A stretch of DNA of 64,000 nt from assembly GCA_963422365.1 (NCBI GenBank), contig OY729426.1:160001-224000 (forward strand). Direction: 5' to 3'. Below the pieces are notes generated by a model, which saw nothing but the letters and a program-made list of their open reading frames with translations, was not told the DNA's origin and made no database searches. Positions 10,775 through 22,637 of this stretch are shown one piece after another. This DNA is from Nitrospirales bacterium. GTDB lineage: Bacteria > Nitrospirota > Nitrospiria > Nitrospirales > UBA8639. The position numbers and the translations under genes were made by a program. How positions within the stretch are numbered: position 1 is the stretch's first letter; every line of letters starts with the position of its first letter.

Positions 10775-10984
10775 CACCTGCAAGAAACAGGCTCTAGAGT
10801 AAAAACCATTGAATTTCCGCTCCAGGCGCAAAAATTGAACCGTCATGTGTTAGATTACGCTATGTCTCACAACTCGCGCATGTTTGATCGAATCGACATG
10901 AACTCGGCCTATGGGCCTCATGCTGATCGGACTTCGGGTGCGCATGGCGCATGAAGTGGATTGCCGAATTAAAGGACAAGTGCT

Positions 10985-13900
10985 GTGAAAATTGACCGTC
11001 GGTTTACCCGAGCCGGAGAAACGCCCTACAAGGACATTCCTTTTTCCACACGCTCTTCGGCAATCAAGAATCCAGACGGCTCCGTGGTGTTCCAGCTTGA
11101 TGACATTCAGGTTCCCAATCAATGGTCCCAACTGGCTGTGGACATTCTAGCGCAAAAATATTTCCGAAAAGCCGGAGTACCGCAACGCGACGCCAATGGG
11201 GAACCTGTCAACGATGATCAGGGGAACCCCGTTGTGGGTGGCGAACGTGATGCACGGCAAGTGTTTCATCGACTGGCAGGATGCTGGACTCAGTGGGGCA
11301 AGACCCATGGGTATTTCGATACTGACCAGGATTCCCAGGCCTTTTATGCTGAACTGTGTTTTATGCTGGCCAAACAAATGGCCGCACCCAATTCTCCCCA
11401 GTGGTTTAATACAGGCCTCCATTATGCGTACGATATTAGCGGCCCTTCTCAAGGTCATTATTTTGTCGATCCCCAAACCCAGAAACTCAACCGATCCCAG
11501 AATGCCTACGAACGCCCACAAGTTCATGCCTGTTTTATCCAATCCGTTAATGACGACCTCGTAAACGAGGGAGGGATTATGGAGTTGTGGGTCCGGGAAG
11601 CCCTATTATTCAAATACGGATCAGGGACCGGGACCAACTTTTCCAAGCTTCGGGGAGAGGACGAGCCGTTATCGGGTGGGGGGAAATCCTCTGGTCTTAT
11701 GTCCTTCCTCAGAATCGGAGACCGTGCGGCAGGCGCAATCAAATCGGGCGGCACCACCAGACGGGCCGCCAAAATGGTCTGTTTGGATTTGGACCATCCT
11801 GATATTGAAGCCTTCATTGACTGGAAGGTGATCGAAGAGCAAAAGGTGGCCGCCATGGTTACCGGATCCAAAATATGCGCCCAACAGTTGAACGCGATCC
11901 TGAAAGCCTGTCATCAAAAAAACACCGAAGGTCTTGATACGGTCGAACTTAACCCCGAACGAAACCATGGGCTCAAAGAAGCCATCCACTCGGCTCGTCA
12001 ATTAGGCGTTCACGAAGCCTACATTCAACGAATTTTTGCCTATGCTCAAGAAGGCTATACCCATTTTGTGTTTCATGAATATGATACGAACTGGGATAGC
12101 AAAGCCTATCAAACGGTGTCCGGACAAAACTCCAATAACAGCATTCGAATCCCCAATGAATTTTTTCATGCGTTACAAAAAAAAGGCGAGTGGCATCTCA
12201 CCCGTCGGACGGATGGAGTCGTCACCAACACGCTCAAAGCCAAAGAGCTATGGGACCGAATCTGTTGGGCAGCCTGGATGTGTGCCGACCCCGGCATTCA
12301 GTACGATACCACGATCAATGAATGGCATACGTGCCCGGAAGACGGGCGAATTCATGCCTCCAATCCGTGCAGCGAATACATGTTTTTGGATGATACCGCG
12401 TGTAATTTGGCGTCTCTGAACTTAGGCGCCTTTCTCACGGCAGAGGGTGAATTCGACATCGAAGCGTATCGACACGCCATCCGACTTTGGACCGTCGTCC
12501 TGGAAATTAGCGTGCTCATGGCTGGATTCCCGAGCAAGCCCATTGCTGAGAAAAGTTTTCTCTTTCGAACGTTGGGACTGGGGTATGCCAACCTCGGATC
12601 GCTGCTTATGCGGCTAGGTATTGCCTACGATTCTCCGCAGGCGCTGGCTATCTGCGGAACCCTGACCGCCATTCTGACTGGCGAAGCCTATGCCACCTCT
12701 GCAGAGATGGCGGCAGAACTCGGCCCATTCCCCGGGTTTGCCAAAAACCGCAACCAGATGCTGCGGGTCATGCGAAACCACCGAAGGGCTGCGTATCAGA
12801 CCAAAATTGACGACTATGAAAATCTGACGATTACGCCAAAAGGCATTGACCCAACTTCTGCCCCTGCCGCGCTCTTGCGTGCCGCGCAAGAGACCTGGGA
12901 TCGCGTTATCGAATTAGGCGAAGCCCATGGATTCAGAAATGCTCAGACCACGGTGATTGCCCCCACGGGCACCATTGGATTGGTCATGGACTGTGATACC
13001 ACGGGGATCGAACCTGACTTTGCTCTCGTCAAATTCAAGAAATTAGCCGGAGGGGGCTACTTCAAGATTATCAATCAAAGCCTCCCGCCGGCGTTAAAGA
13101 AATTGGGGTATTCCCCAGCACAGATCCATGACATTATCACCTATGCCACAGGAACCCGAACCCTGAAACAAGCGCCGTGCGTGAATCATGAATCGCTTCG
13201 GGCTAAAGGGTATACGCCGGCGATGCTTGATCGCCTGGAATCCACCTTAGATGAGGTATTTGACATCCAATTCGCCTTTAATAAATGGACATTGGGCAAG
13301 GATTTTTGTCAAGACACACTCGGCCTCTCTGACCCCCAACTCACTGATCCTCAGTGTAATATTCTCGACGTGTTGGGGTTTACCCAAGAAGAGATTCTCG
13401 CTGCCAATAATTTTTGCTGCGGGACCATGACCGTGGAAGGGGCTCCTCATCTTCAACCCGAGCACCTTCCGATTTTCGACTGCGCCAATCGGTGCGGCCG
13501 GATCGGGAAACGCTCTATTTCGACGCAGGCGCATATTCGAATGATGGCAGCGGCACAGCCGTTTATCAGTGGCGCAATCAGCAAGACCATCAATATGCCT
13601 TCGGATTCTACCGTCAGGGATGCGGAAGTGGCGTACCTGATGGGGTGGCAGCACATGCTTAAAGCCGTGGCCTTGTATCGAGACGGCTCTAAACTGAGCC
13701 AACCCTTGAAGGCCTCCGTTGACCTGACCGGAAAATCCGAGCTTCACAACGACATCCTGAGGGCGGCCCACCAGGTGACGGAAAGAGTGCTGGTTCGGTA
13801 TCTCGCTAAACGCCGCCCTCTGCCCTCGCGACGCGGAGGGTATACGCAAAAAGCCATGATCGGCGGTCACAAAATCTATCTTCGCACGGGTGAATACGAT

Positions 13901-14518
13901 GATGGAACGCTTGGGGAGATCTTTCTTGATATGCACAAGGAAGGCGCGGCGTTTCGGAGCCTCATGAATTGTTTTGCCATTGCCATTTCGTTAGGACTCC
14001 AACACGGCGTCCCCCTCGAAGAATTTGTCGAGGCCTTCTTGTTCACTCGCTTTGAACCCAATGGCCCGGTCAATCTCAATGATCATATTAAAATATCGAC
14101 TTCCATCATTGATTATATCTTCCGCGAGTTGGCCATTACCTATCTGGGGAAGAAAGAACTCGCCCAGGTGAACCCGGATGACCTTCGTGGGGATTCCGTC
14201 AAACACGACCCCGAATGCACGGATGAGGCACCGGCCGATCCCCGAACCATCACCACGGCCAATATTAGCCCGAAGCTGTTTCCTGCCCGACAGACCACGC
14301 CAGACGACACTACAGGCGGAAATGGCCACGGCAATGGGACGGTCTCACACAAACTGGAAATGAAACGGGAAACGCTCACCTATACCACGGAGATGGATTC
14401 CGTCTACCAGAAAGGCTTTGAAGGCGATCCGTGTCCCAATTGCAAACAGTTCAAATTAGTCCGCAACGGGATGTGCTTGGTCTGCCGAAACTGCGGCGAA
14501 ACCACGGGGTGTTCGTGA
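10985..14518 (+). CDS. nrdJ: Class II (adenosylcobalamin-dependent) ribonucleotide reductase
   Basis: [49 protein letters not shown]-like C-terminal domain and terminal Zn ribbon CxxC..[11 protein letters not shown]. Confidence 0.95.
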   Translation: MKIDRRFTRAGETPYKDIPFSTRSSAIKNPDGSVVFQLDDIQVPNQWSQLAVDILAQKYFRKAGVPQRDANGEPVNDDQGNPVVGGERDARQVFHRLAGCWTQWGKTHGYFDTDQDSQAFYAELCFMLAKQMAAPNSPQWFNTGLHYAYDISGPSQGHYFVDPQTQKLNRSQNAYERPQVHACFIQSVNDDLVNEGGIMELWVREALLFKYGSGTGTNFSKLRGEDEPLSGGGKSSGLMSFLRIGDRAAGAIKSGGTTRRAAKMVCLDLDHPDIEAFIDWKVIEEQKVAAMVTGSKICAQQLNAILKACHQKNTEGLDTVELNPERNHGLKEAIHSARQLGVHEAYIQRIFAYAQEGYTHFVFHEYDTNWDSKAYQTVSGQNSNNSIRIPNEFFHALQKKGEWHLTRRTDGVVTNTLKAKELWDRICWAAWMCADPGIQYDTTINEWHTCPEDGRIHASNPCSEYMFLDDTACNLASLNLGAFLTAEGEFDIEAYRHAIRLWTVVLEISVLMAGFPSKPIAEKSFLFRTLGLGYANLGSLLMRLGIAYDSPQALAICGTLTAILTGEAYATSAEMAAELGPFPGFAKNRNQMLRVMRNHRRAAYQTKIDDYENLTITPKGIDPTSAPAALLRAAQETWDRVIELGEAHGFRNAQTTVIAPTGTIGLVMDCDTTGIEPDFALVKFKKLAGGGYFKIINQSLPPALKKLGYSPAQIHDIITYATGTRTLKQAPCVNHESLRAKGYTPAMLDRLESTLDEVFDIQFAFNKWTLGKDFCQDTLGLSDPQLTDPQCNILDVLGFTQEEILAANNFCCGTMTVEGAPHLQPEHLPIFDCANRCGRIGKRSISTQAHIRMMAAAQPFISGAISKTINMPSDSTVRDAEVAYLMGWQHMLKAVALYRDGSKLSQPLKASVDLTGKSELHNDILRAAHQVTERVLVRYLAKRRPLPSRRGGYTQKAMIGGHKIYLRTGEYDDGTLGEIFLDMHKEGAAFRSLMNCFAIAISLGLQHGVPLEEFVEAFLFTRFEPNGPVNLNDHIKISTSIIDYIFRELAITYLGKKELAQVNPDDLRGDSVKHDPECTDEAPADPRTITTANISPKLFPARQTTPDDTTGGNGHGNGTVSHKLEMKRETLTYTTEMDSVYQKGFEGDPCPNCKQFKLVRNGMCLVCRNCGETTGCS

Positions 14519-14712
14519 TGGGGACAAAGACAGAATTTTCGTATTGTCAATATTGCAGCAAGCGGTTTCTACTCAAAAAGAAAATTTTCTCCTTCTTTTG
14601 TGACAGAAACATGCCCCTCTTGCAATCGACCGGTTGGTGAATACAATCCTCTAAGTGGGCCAGAAAAAACGTGAATCGCCACTTTTCTGTTTTATAACGG
14701 TGGGCATACAGT

Positions 14713-15615
14713 TCACTCTTTTTTCACATCCATCACGCAACGAAACCCAATGGTCAAATCATTGGCATCAATGGGGAAATTCGGCTCGGCACTTCGTCGG
14801 GCAGTCACTTGCAGCCATTTCGGGGGATCTTCCCACGATCCGCCTCGATAGACTTTCCGCGCTCCTTCTATAGGCCCGGGTGGATTTTTCTCAGGGCTCT
14901 CTTCGTAATACATTCGATCATACCAATCCGCTACCCATTCCGACGCGTTCCCTGCCATGTGGTATAACCCATAAGGACTTTTCGTTCCTTGCTTTAATCC
15001 ATGGCGAATACTCATTCCCGACACTCCACTTATCACGGACGCTAACGTCACATCGTAGCTGACCCATCCCGTTGTCCCAAAGTTATACCGTGCAATATCA
15101 ACAAACGGCTGCATATGCCCCCAGGGATACCGACGACCATCGGTTCCTCGAGCAGCCTTCTCCCATTCGGCTTCAGTCGGCATCCGCTTCTCCGCCCATT
15201 CACAGTAGGCTTTTGCACTTTCCCACGCCATGCCGACAGCCGGGCGATCTCTCGCCTTTTCAAGGGCCGCATAATCATCCCACAGAGGAGGGAACTCGTG
15301 CTTGGTCTCATCGAGAAATTTCTGATACCGCTCCATCGTCACTTCAAATTGATCGATATAATAATTGTCCAACCATACCAGATGCTCGGGACGTTCATTC
15401 CTCGATCCATTATTGGCTCCCATCAGAAATTCCCCCTCAGGGATTTTGATCATCGGAGCCCCATCCTTCCCTATGACCCTTTCAAATTGGGATTCAATCT
15501 GGGGTTCCGATGAAGAAGTTTCGGCGACACCCACGGCTGGTTGCCATCCCAGGACAATCCCCATCACTCCAAGGACAAGGGCCAACCGCGCTCCACGCTC
15601 TTTAGACCAATTCAT
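14713..15615 (-). CDS. Formylglycine-generating enzyme (FGE/SUMF1) domain protein, exported
   Basis: GEFLMG, RMPTEAEWEKAARG, YGLYHMAGNASEWV, RGGSW, IGFRC. Confidence 0.9.
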   Translation of the reverse strand: MNWSKERGARLALVLGVMGIVLGWQPAVGVAETSSSEPQIESQFERVIGKDGAPMIKIPEGEFLMGANNGSRNERPEHLVWLDNYYIDQFEVTMERYQKFLDETKHEFPPLWDDYAALEKARDRPAVGMAWESAKAYCEWAEKRMPTEAEWEKAARGTDGRRYPWGHMQPFVDIARYNFGTTGWVSYDVTLASVISGVSGMSIRHGLKQGTKSPYGLYHMAGNASEWVADWYDRMYYEESPEKNPPGPIEGARKVYRGGSWEDPPKWLQVTARRSAEPNFPIDANDLTIGFRCVMDVKKE

Positions 15616-15786
15616 GATTATCCTCCATCCACAACCCAATGTCGTTCTATTCTTGAATTCTGTCAGAATACCGGGGAGTGCATGCCCTTCAGAGCTGCTT
15701 CTCCATTCTACAAAGCGAGATCGGGAATCACAACCGATAAAAACCCTATCTTATGGGGATGCTTTCTGTACCTGAATCATGTCCAC

Positions 15787-15828
15787 CATAGAACAGCCGA
15801 TGGACCATGTTTCAGCGGCTGTTCTATG
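15787..15828. terminator. Perfect 13-bp inverted repeat just downstream of tRNA-Glu
   Basis: CATAGAACAGCCG ... CGGCTGTTCTATG. Confidence 0.55.
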
Positions 15829-15829
15829 T

Positions 15830-15907
15830 TGGTGTCCCCAACGGGATTTGAACCCGTGTTGCCGGCTTGAAAGGCCGGCGTCCTAGGCCAAGCTAGACGA
15901 TGGGGAC
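15830..15907 (-). tRNA. tRNA-Glu(TTC)
   Basis: GTCCCCATCGTCTAGCTTGGCCTAGGACGCCGGCCTTTCAAGCCGGCAACACGGGTTCAAATCCCGTTGGGGACACCA. Confidence 0.97.
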
Positions 15908-16012
15908 ACAAAACAAATTATTAGAGAGCAGGAATGGTAACAATGGGGGTCAGACCGAGTCAAACATCCGCATGGGTCGACGACCTTTGGCATTCGGGAC
16001 GGGTTGATGAGA

Positions 16013-16177
16013 TTCCCTCCCCTTTGTAAGAGAAGGCTAGGTTGGGTAGAGCCGCCCAACCAAGGATCCTCGATTCAGACCTCCAGCCAGCGTGGTCTGG
16101 TTCATAACGCAGCTTCTTCGGGGGCAAGGTTTCCAATCCTGCAAACGATCTCCGCCCCCCCCTTACAAAATGGGGAA
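16013..16177. repeat. REP-like inverted pair
   Basis: TTCCCTCCCCTTTGTAAG.. at 16013 versus ..CTTACAAAATGGGGAA ending at 16177. Confidence 0.4.
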
Positions 16178-16211
16178 CAGCGGGTACTGTTCAGGCTCCA
16201 ATTAAAAAGGT

Positions 16212-16670
16212 ATGGGGTGGGTCGATAAGCCGGATTCTGTTCCGTGTCGACTGTCCACACGGTGGTGACCATGTCTCTACAGCTTATGTTACCATACGCT
16301 TCCAGCGACCTACCCGAGAACCTTGGTCGGGCCGACCTTTCCCGAACAGCACTGAATCATCCTCGCAAACGGATTTCCATATGCGAAGCCCATCAGGCCG
16401 TTCAGCACGTCCTCCTATTTGGTCTTGCTCCGGGTGATGCTTACCCTGCCATCCATGTCGCCATGGACGCGGTGGGCTCTTACCCCACCATTTCACCCTT
16501 GCCTCAGCAAGCCATCCAATACTGGACCGATCATCTGAGGCGGTTTGTTTTCTGTGGCGCTCATGTCGGATTCCTCCGCCTGGGCGTTACCCAGCACCCT
16601 GCCCTTTGGAGTCCGGACTTTCCTCTCACCCGTGCGACTCGGTGAGCGGCCACCTGACCCACGCCCTCAT
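16212..16670 (-). ncRNA. rnpB: RNase P RNA (type A)
   Basis: [80 protein letters not shown]1 formed by GTGGGTC/GACCCAC. Confidence 0.96.
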
Positions 16671-16749
16671 ACCCGAGAACTATGATACGCAATGCCTGTC
16701 TTCGAAACAAGAGACTCGAGGAAAACGGAAGGGAGCCGTTCGGATACGG

Positions 16750-17520
16750 TTATCCGTCCCTATGTTCTTGAGCGACGTGTTCTTGGACGCTCAAGCATTC
16801 AGGGACTTCATCAAGGGCTTTTTCATAATACAAAATGCGATGGCAGTAGGGACAGGTTAACAGCTGATCGGCCCGCTTCACACTGGCGACTAACTGGAGG
16901 GGAATTTGCAGTTGACAACCTTGACAGGTTTCACCGTGAACCGTGGCAACGACCACGAGTTGCAAGGAAGATTTGAGTATCAAGTAACGAGTATAGATCC
17001 GTTTTTCCAATGAGGCTACCAAGCGTTCCTTCTCTTGCTCAATCTGTGTGACCTCATCCGTTAGTTTCGCGGATAATGACTCTAGCTCAACCTTTTCTCG
17101 CTCTAAGGTTTCTGCCAAATCCTGAAGAAATTTCTCAACTTCTTCTAATTCTTTCTCTTTATCTTCCGCCCGCTCCATGGCCAGGAGGACTCGTTCTTCC
17201 AGTGCATCCTTTTTCTTATTGGCCAATTCAATTTCAAATAAATGGGCTTGATACTCTTTATTCGTTTTCAACTCGTTTAACCGTGCGCGCATTTTATGGA
17301 CATGACTTTCATGAGCACTTAAGTCTTGTTCACTGCTTCGCCGCTCAGATGCAAGAGTCTCCAACAAGGCCTTCAGGTCTTCCAAGCGCTTCCGAGCCTG
17401 TGTAACCGGTAACTGCACGGCATGAAGGCGTTGAGGAATCTGTTGTCGCTGTTTTTCAAGACCGTGCAGCTTAAGGTCGAACCGTTGAAGTTGCACGAGG
17501 AGGGAAAGTTGAAAATTCAA
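16750..17520 (-). CDS. Coiled-coil protein with C4 zinc ribbon (DUF164/CT398-like)
   Basis: Long coiled coil, KTNKEYQA, CQGCQLQIP..CPYCHRILY; usual position between rpoD-tRNA and rnpB. Confidence 0.85.
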   Translation of the reverse strand: MNFQLSLLVQLQRFDLKLHGLEKQRQQIPQRLHAVQLPVTQARKRLEDLKALLETLASERRSSEQDLSAHESHVHKMRARLNELKTNKEYQAHLFEIELANKKKDALEERVLLAMERAEDKEKELEEVEKFLQDLAETLEREKVELESLSAKLTDEVTQIEQEKERLVASLEKRIYTRYLILKSSLQLVVVATVHGETCQGCQLQIPLQLVASVKRADQLLTCPYCHRILYYEKALDEVPECLSVQEHVAQEHRDG

Positions 17521-17600
17521 AAATGCCTCTACGTGTTAGACATGAGTGAGGACCTTCATCATCAGATACCTTAACGCATCCACCATGGAAATAGCAAAAT

Positions 17601-17677
17601 TGGTGGGCCCACCAGGACTTGAACCTGGGACCAACTGATTATGAGTCAGCCGCTCTAACCAACTGAGCTATGGGCCC
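17601..17677 (-). tRNA. tRNA-CAT, most likely tRNA-Ile2 (lysidine)
   Basis: GGGCCCATAGCTCAGTTGGTTAGAGCGGCTGACTCATAATCAGTTGGTCCCAGGTTCAAGTCCTGGTGGGCCCACCA; paired 1-72, no GGG/CCC initiator anticodon stem; downstream of rpoD. Confidence 0.92.
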
Positions 17678-17784
17678 TGGAGAATGTTGAAAACCCAGCG
17701 ACTTTTTCGTGTATTCGATCAAGGAGGGTACACGCAGAAAAACGGGCCGTTTAAACGCCCTTTTTCATAATTAGCCGTCTTGAT

Positions 17785-19491
17785 TTAAAATCCTTCGGCG
17801 AAACTGCGCAATTTTTTGCTCCGGGTCGGGTGGCGGAGTTTGCGTAAGGCCTTGGCTTCAATCTGCCGGATCCGCTCCCGCGTCACCTCAAAGTCCTGCC
17901 CCACTTCTTCTAACGTGTGATCCGTCGCCTCCCCGATCCCAAACCGCTTCCGCAACACCTGCTCCTCCCGCGGCGTTAACGAGTCCAACGACTGCCCAAT
18001 GTGCCGCTGCAAGTCATACCGCACCGCCGCCTCTAACGGCGACACCGCCTTCTTGTCTTCAATGAAGTCCCCTAAATGACTGTCTTCTTCTTCGCCAATC
18101 GGCGTCTCCAGCGAAATCGGCTCCTTCGCAATCTTCAAAATCTTCCGGACTTTCTCTAACGGCATCTCCATCCGCACCCCAATCTCTTCCGGGGTCGGCT
18201 CTCGCCCCAACTGTTGCACCAAATGCCGCGAGGTCCGTACCAGCTTGTTGATCGTTTCGATCATGTGCACCGGAATCCGGATCGTCCGAGCTTGGTCAGC
18301 AATCGCTCGCGTGATCGCTTGCCGAATCCACCACGTCGCATACGTGCTGAACTTGTACCCCCGCTGGTATTCAAACTTGTCCACGGCTTTCATGAGGCCA
18401 ATGTTGCCTTCCTGGATCAGGTCTAAAAACTGCAACCCCCGATTCGTGTATTTCTTGGCAATACTCACCACTAACCGCAAATTCGCTTCGATTAACTCCG
18501 CTTTCCCCCGCTTCATCTTTTCTTCAGCCCCTTCTAACCCCGCCAGCGCGCAGGTAAACTCGGCGGTCGGTAACCACGTCTCTTCTTGCTCTACCCGCTT
18601 GAGCGTGGCCTGCGCGTCTTGCCGCCTCGTCCCCCCCGGCCGGCCCGGCCCCTCTCTCCTCTCCCGCAACACCCGCTCCGCACTCCGCACCGCCCGGCCC
18701 GCTTCTTTGATCTGCATGACCAACTGCTCTCGCACAGCCGGTTGCAAATGCAACGCCTCCACCCGGGCCACCACCTGCTGCTGCACCGCCTGCACCCGTT
18801 TGGCCCACCGCACGTGCTGCTCAGCCGGGGCCGCCCGCCGCCGCTCATACAGCCGTCCCAGGGTCTTGCCTAACCGCCTCACCTCCTCCAGCCCGATCAG
18901 CGCCTCTTGCCGAAGCCCTTCTTCTTGCGCTTCCGCTAACTCCGGCTCCTCCAGGTCTTCGTCTTCCGCAGGATCACGCACCAGAACCACCTCGCCCACG
19001 CGCACAACTCGCTTCTTCAGTTGCCCCCTCCACCTGTCCAGCCCCTCCCAGGTCATCGGCAGCCCCGCCAGCACCAACGTCATCTCATCTTTGCCTTCCT
19101 CAATCTTCTTCGCTACCTCAATCTCCCCTTCCCGGGTGAGAAGAGAAAAACCAGCCATCGCATTGAGGTATAAACGAACGGGATCGTCAATCCTATTGAC
19201 GGCACCAGGAGTCAAATCAATTTCTTTTTCAGAATCCGGTAACGCTTCACCAAGGTCATTGACTGGCGTCACATCGACAGGCTCCGTCTTTAATTGGGAA
19301 TTGGGGTCTTCATTGTGAAAGGTGACCGTATCCTCGACGGTTTCTTCTTCACGCCCGGCAAACAAGGCAGAAAACTGTTCGGAAGAGCCCTTCTCTCCAG
19401 GCAAGGGCTCTCTCATCACTTCGAAATTCATTTGTTCTTTCTCCACACCGCTTATCGGTTTAATATTTCGGAGACCACTGTTTTTCGGCAT
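17785..19491 (-). CDS. rpoD: RNA polymerase sigma-70 factor, RpoD type (degenerate region 1.1)
   Basis: [81 protein letters not shown]. Confidence 0.9.
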   Translation of the reverse strand: MPKNSGLRNIKPISGVEKEQMNFEVMREPLPGEKGSSEQFSALFAGREEETVEDTVTFHNEDPNSQLKTEPVDVTPVNDLGEALPDSEKEIDLTPGAVNRIDDPVRLYLNAMAGFSLLTREGEIEVAKKIEEGKDEMTLVLAGLPMTWEGLDRWRGQLKKRVVRVGEVVLVRDPAEDEDLEEPELAEAQEEGLRQEALIGLEEVRRLGKTLGRLYERRRAAPAEQHVRWAKRVQAVQQQVVARVEALHLQPAVREQLVMQIKEAGRAVRSAERVLRERREGPGRPGGTRRQDAQATLKRVEQEETWLPTAEFTCALAGLEGAEEKMKRGKAELIEANLRLVVSIAKKYTNRGLQFLDLIQEGNIGLMKAVDKFEYQRGYKFSTYATWWIRQAITRAIADQARTIRIPVHMIETINKLVRTSRHLVQQLGREPTPEEIGVRMEMPLEKVRKILKIAKEPISLETPIGEEEDSHLGDFIEDKKAVSPLEAAVRYDLQRHIGQSLDSLTPREEQVLRKRFGIGEATDHTLEEVGQDFEVTRERIRQIEAKALRKLRHPTRSKKLRSFAEGF

Positions 19492-19595
19492 CTCTTCTTC
19501 CTCTTCCACTCTTTTGCAATGAATAATGACTGCAGACCTCGTTGCAGAAGGCTCAGGTATGACGAAACTCCCCAATCCCTAACACGAAGCGCATG

Positions 19596-19627
19596 AAGGT
19601 CTGATGCGCGTTAGCGCATCAGACCTT
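19596..19627. promoter_or_regulatory. Perfect 14-bp hairpin in the rpoD upstream region (terminator or operator)
   Basis: AAGGTCTGATGCGC-GTTA-GCGCATCAGACCTT. Confidence 0.5.
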
Positions 19628-19771
19628 TCTTCGAGAATCTATCAAAGGATAGATCGTGTAAAAAGCCAAATGACTCTATCGTATTCAAAAGGAAATGACT
19701 AGTGCAAGAAACACAACCAAACGAGAGACAGGCACTCAACACCCATTTTTATCGGGTTCTCTTGTCTCTCT

Positions 19772-20239
19772 TCAATCACTCGGCGGTTCAAAATGACCGG
19801 AAGGACGATTCTGCCAGGGAACAGTCGCCATCTTGGCCTGCTTGAGGAGACTGCGAAGATTGACTTCGGCCGCACGGAGGAGTTTGGGTTCACCATGGCG
19901 AAGCAAGGCCGTGAGGAGCACGTACAAATCCCGCTCGGTCTGATTCCCTTGGAGAATCCGCTCGGTCACGGGATCAGGAGAATCACAGTTCGGAGAGAGG
20001 GAGCCTTCTCCATCAGGATCTCCCAATAATAAGTCGATAGCCTGAGGGGAGCTATACAACCAGGATGGAGGAAGCGCGAGCGCCTTGGCCAATGCCTCCA
20101 CCGTTGAGACAGAGGGGTCCGTCTCTCCAGCTTCAATCGCTTCAATCGCGGAGCCCTCAACACCGGACTCAGCGGACAACTGGACGATAGAGCACCGTCG
20201 AGCCTTCCGCCACGTTTGCAATGATTGGTCAAGAGGCAT
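19772..20239 (-). CDS. XRE-family HTH transcriptional regulator
   Basis: WRKARRCSIVQLSAESGV..IEAGETDPSVSTVEALAKAL HTH_3 pattern. Confidence 0.8.
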   Translation of the reverse strand: MPLDQSLQTWRKARRCSIVQLSAESGVEGSAIEAIEAGETDPSVSTVEALAKALALPPSWLYSSPQAIDLLLGDPDGEGSLSPNCDSPDPVTERILQGNQTERDLYVLLTALLRHGEPKLLRAAEVNLRSLLKQAKMATVPWQNRPSGHFEPPSD

Positions 20240-20357
20240 GTTCGTGCATCATAGCGAAGAAGGGCATTGATGTCTATCGTATGTGACGAAACCTGCAGGC
20301 CATGAAAAGAATGGAAAAGCCCATGCCTCGTCAGGATGTCTAAGCTCTCAGTACCCT

Positions 20358-21596
20358 TTACTGGCCAGACGATGGAAGGCGAAACTGATGGACCAGCCCG
20401 GCATCGGGCATCGCGTGAAGGTCTCCATAGGGCGAGCCCACGGCTATGTCCTTCCCTTCTCCACTCAAGGAAAGTCCAAAGAGGTCGGCAACTCCGGTTG
20501 TTGCCGAAGGATTGGCAATCTTCGATTGCAAGGTTCTGGTTTTTCGGTCAAAGACAAAAACCGTCCCGGCATCGACGCCGGCGAAATCATGTCCAGGCGC
20601 TCCAACGACGATATGATCAGGGAGAAGAGCCACGGCCTCCCCAAAGTGATCGCCCTTCTTCGGTTCGGGGACTTCCAATTGTTGCAAGAATTTGCCGGTC
20701 TTTGTATAAAGATAAACAACTCCGGCGTCTGGTTTTCTCGTTCCCCATCCCAAGGCACCGACAACCAACAACTCCGCATCACTTGCCAAAGCCCATCCAA
20801 AATACTCATTTGTCTGCGGATTAGGGGATTCAAGGATATGTTGCAACCGCCCACTTTTTCGATCAAAGAGAAACACCTGTCCATGATCAACAGGGTCCGT
20901 ACCGCCGAGCGGGGCGCTTATTGCAAGAGTGGATCCTAGAAAAGTCACCGCATGCCCAAAACCATCTGAGTCGCCGTTCTCCGCGTGTGGAGAGGCAAAG
21001 GTCCGACGGACCTCCCCATTGGTGACATCAACCAGATAGGCTTCCCCTACATCAAAATTCTTGGAAGTGCTCGCCCCGGGATCCCCAATGGCCACCAGCA
21101 AATCCTGCGCGGCCACGGCATGTCCAAACGCTCCTGCAGCATGATTGGGGCTGGTGACGACCTGTCGTAATTTTCCTGTGGCTCGGTCGAAGATGGATAC
21201 CGAGCCCACCGATCGCCGCAAGGTCCCTTTTCCCCTGGGAGCGCCGACAATCACATCGTGCGTGGTGAGGCTCACAGACAGACCAAATAAATCATTTCCC
21301 ATCGGCGAAAGGGGCACGAATTCCTGAAGCAGTTTCCCTGACTCACGCGCGAACAAGAAAACTTTTCCCGTTTGTCCACGGGCCCCTGCCGCATGGGGAG
21401 CGCCAACAAGAATCTGAGCCCCTTCGCTGGATACTGAAAATCCAAAGCCATCTAACAACGTCGGGTTGGAAGAGTGGAGACTGGGGTCCTGTTCGGAGGA
21501 TTGCTGCCCCGAGGCGTCCACACTCACAAGCAACAGACATATTGAGGCCATACAAAGAAAAACGACCAAAGACAGGGAGGAGGCTTGGACTGTCAC
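20358..21596 (-). CDS. Exported FG-GAP/integrin-like beta-propeller protein (probable GTG start)
   Basis: Seven repeats of FGxxV..VGAP..GxVxxF; signal-peptide-like N-terminus. Confidence 0.8.
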   Translation of the reverse strand: MTVQASSLSLVVFLCMASICLLLVSVDASGQQSSEQDPSLHSSNPTLLDGFGFSVSSEGAQILVGAPHAAGARGQTGKVFLFARESGKLLQEFVPLSPMGNDLFGLSVSLTTHDVIVGAPRGKGTLRRSVGSVSIFDRATGKLRQVVTSPNHAAGAFGHAVAAQDLLVAIGDPGASTSKNFDVGEAYLVDVTNGEVRRTFASPHAENGDSDGFGHAVTFLGSTLAISAPLGGTDPVDHGQVFLFDRKSGRLQHILESPNPQTNEYFGWALASDAELLVVGALGWGTRKPDAGVVYLYTKTGKFLQQLEVPEPKKGDHFGEAVALLPDHIVVGAPGHDFAGVDAGTVFVFDRKTRTLQSKIANPSATTGVADLFGLSLSGEGKDIAVGSPYGDLHAMPDAGLVHQFRLPSSGQ

Positions 21597-21729
21597 AAAG
21601 TGACCCCGGGCTCGTTCTCGACGGTTGCGATGTGGAAAAATCTGGCACGTCATACAATTACACGATATCCTACCAAACCCTGCGTAGCCCCGCGATGCCT
21701 GTGACGGCACCACGAATGAACCGATGCAA

Positions 21730-22088
21730 TCAGGAGGCGGCCGATTCTTCTTGTTCAGAATGAAGAGAAGGCAAATCAATGACGTGACGCTTTGGCGCGT
21801 CCGAGTCCGAATCGCGCCGATACAATTCAAAAGGCGAAGATCGACTTGTAACCGCTTCAACAACCGGCGCATGAATTTTTCTCCCGGAGCTTCACAGATC
21901 CACACATCCATGCCCGTTTCGAATTCGTGAAGATGCCGCTTCAGCCGAAAGCCTGCATCTTCCATGAAATAGGCCGACAAAAACCCCGTAATCGCTTGCA
22001 TGACCCATTCATGCTCTTGCGCGTAGCGGAAACTCACGCCGATTTCGAAGATCTTCCAGGATCCGTCCGTCTCCATAGTCTTCACCAA
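21730..22088 (-). pseudogene. Small hypothetical protein, apparent 1-bp deletion near 21836
   Basis: After ..RLQVDL the shifted frame reads PFELYRRDSDSDAPKRHVIDLPS..AAS-TGA (21730). The uncorrected frame runs on into the FG-GAP gene. Confidence 0.55.
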
Positions 22089-22396
22089 TTTTTTTGAAAC
22101 TCACATCTGCGCCATACCGGAACAAAATTTCCCACAAATAATGGGAGAAAACTCGCCATTTTTAAAAGATGAGCAACCTGCGTTCCAAACCGAATATCCA
22201 GCTCGTCTGAATTTGCCCGCCGGCGCATGACCTCTGGATACAACTTTCCGCCTTCATACCTGGAAAAAGAGAAGCTAAATGTCTTAAAATGTCTGAAAGT
22301 GTACCAAACTGGCAAAACGACTTGCTCAGGAACCGTTCCGATTCTTCTTCGATTGACGACATAACGGGCGATAAGGGGAGACCACGTGTGAATTTC

Positions 22397-22609
22397 ATGA
22401 TCCAACCCAATATTTGGATTGCACGAATCATCGGTATTATGGCGATTGCGTCAGGCTTCCTGCTCGGGATCGAAGGCTTGAATCAGCCGGATTCGATTTG
22501 GTTGCCTATAGCGCTTGCCCTCATTGTGACGGGTTTATGCGCCCAAGTCTATGCGTTCTACCGAGCCATTACCAGGAAAATAACTGCACGGAATAACCAG
22601 GACTCATGA
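22397..22609 (+). CDS. Small two-TM membrane protein
   Basis: Two hydrophobic helices; GGGGAG RBS-like sequence upstream. Confidence 0.6.
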   Translation: MIQPNIWIARIIGIMAIASGFLLGIEGLNQPDSIWLPIALALIVTGLCAQVYAFYRAITRKITARNNQDS

Positions 22610-22637
22610 TCCGGCTACTGAAATGACTTTTATGTTG

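Noticed and set aside
10316..10984. Replication origin or cobalamin riboswitch
   Set aside because: Only one perfect DnaA box, no dnaA/dnaN nearby and no clear unwinding element; no B12-box motif recognised.
4554..17677. tRNA genes as integration sites of a prophage or island
   Set aside because: No integrase next to any of the three tRNAs and no duplicated tRNA 3' end noticed.
18245..19318. 357-aa plus-strand ORF
   Set aside because: Antisense shadow of rpoD caused by codon bias; low-complexity Ser/Arg/Cys translation.
20358..22088. 576-aa ORF as a novel fusion protein
   Set aside because: Better explained as a small gene with a 1-bp deletion near 21836 reading through intergenic DNA into a separate signal-peptide-bearing FG-GAP gene.
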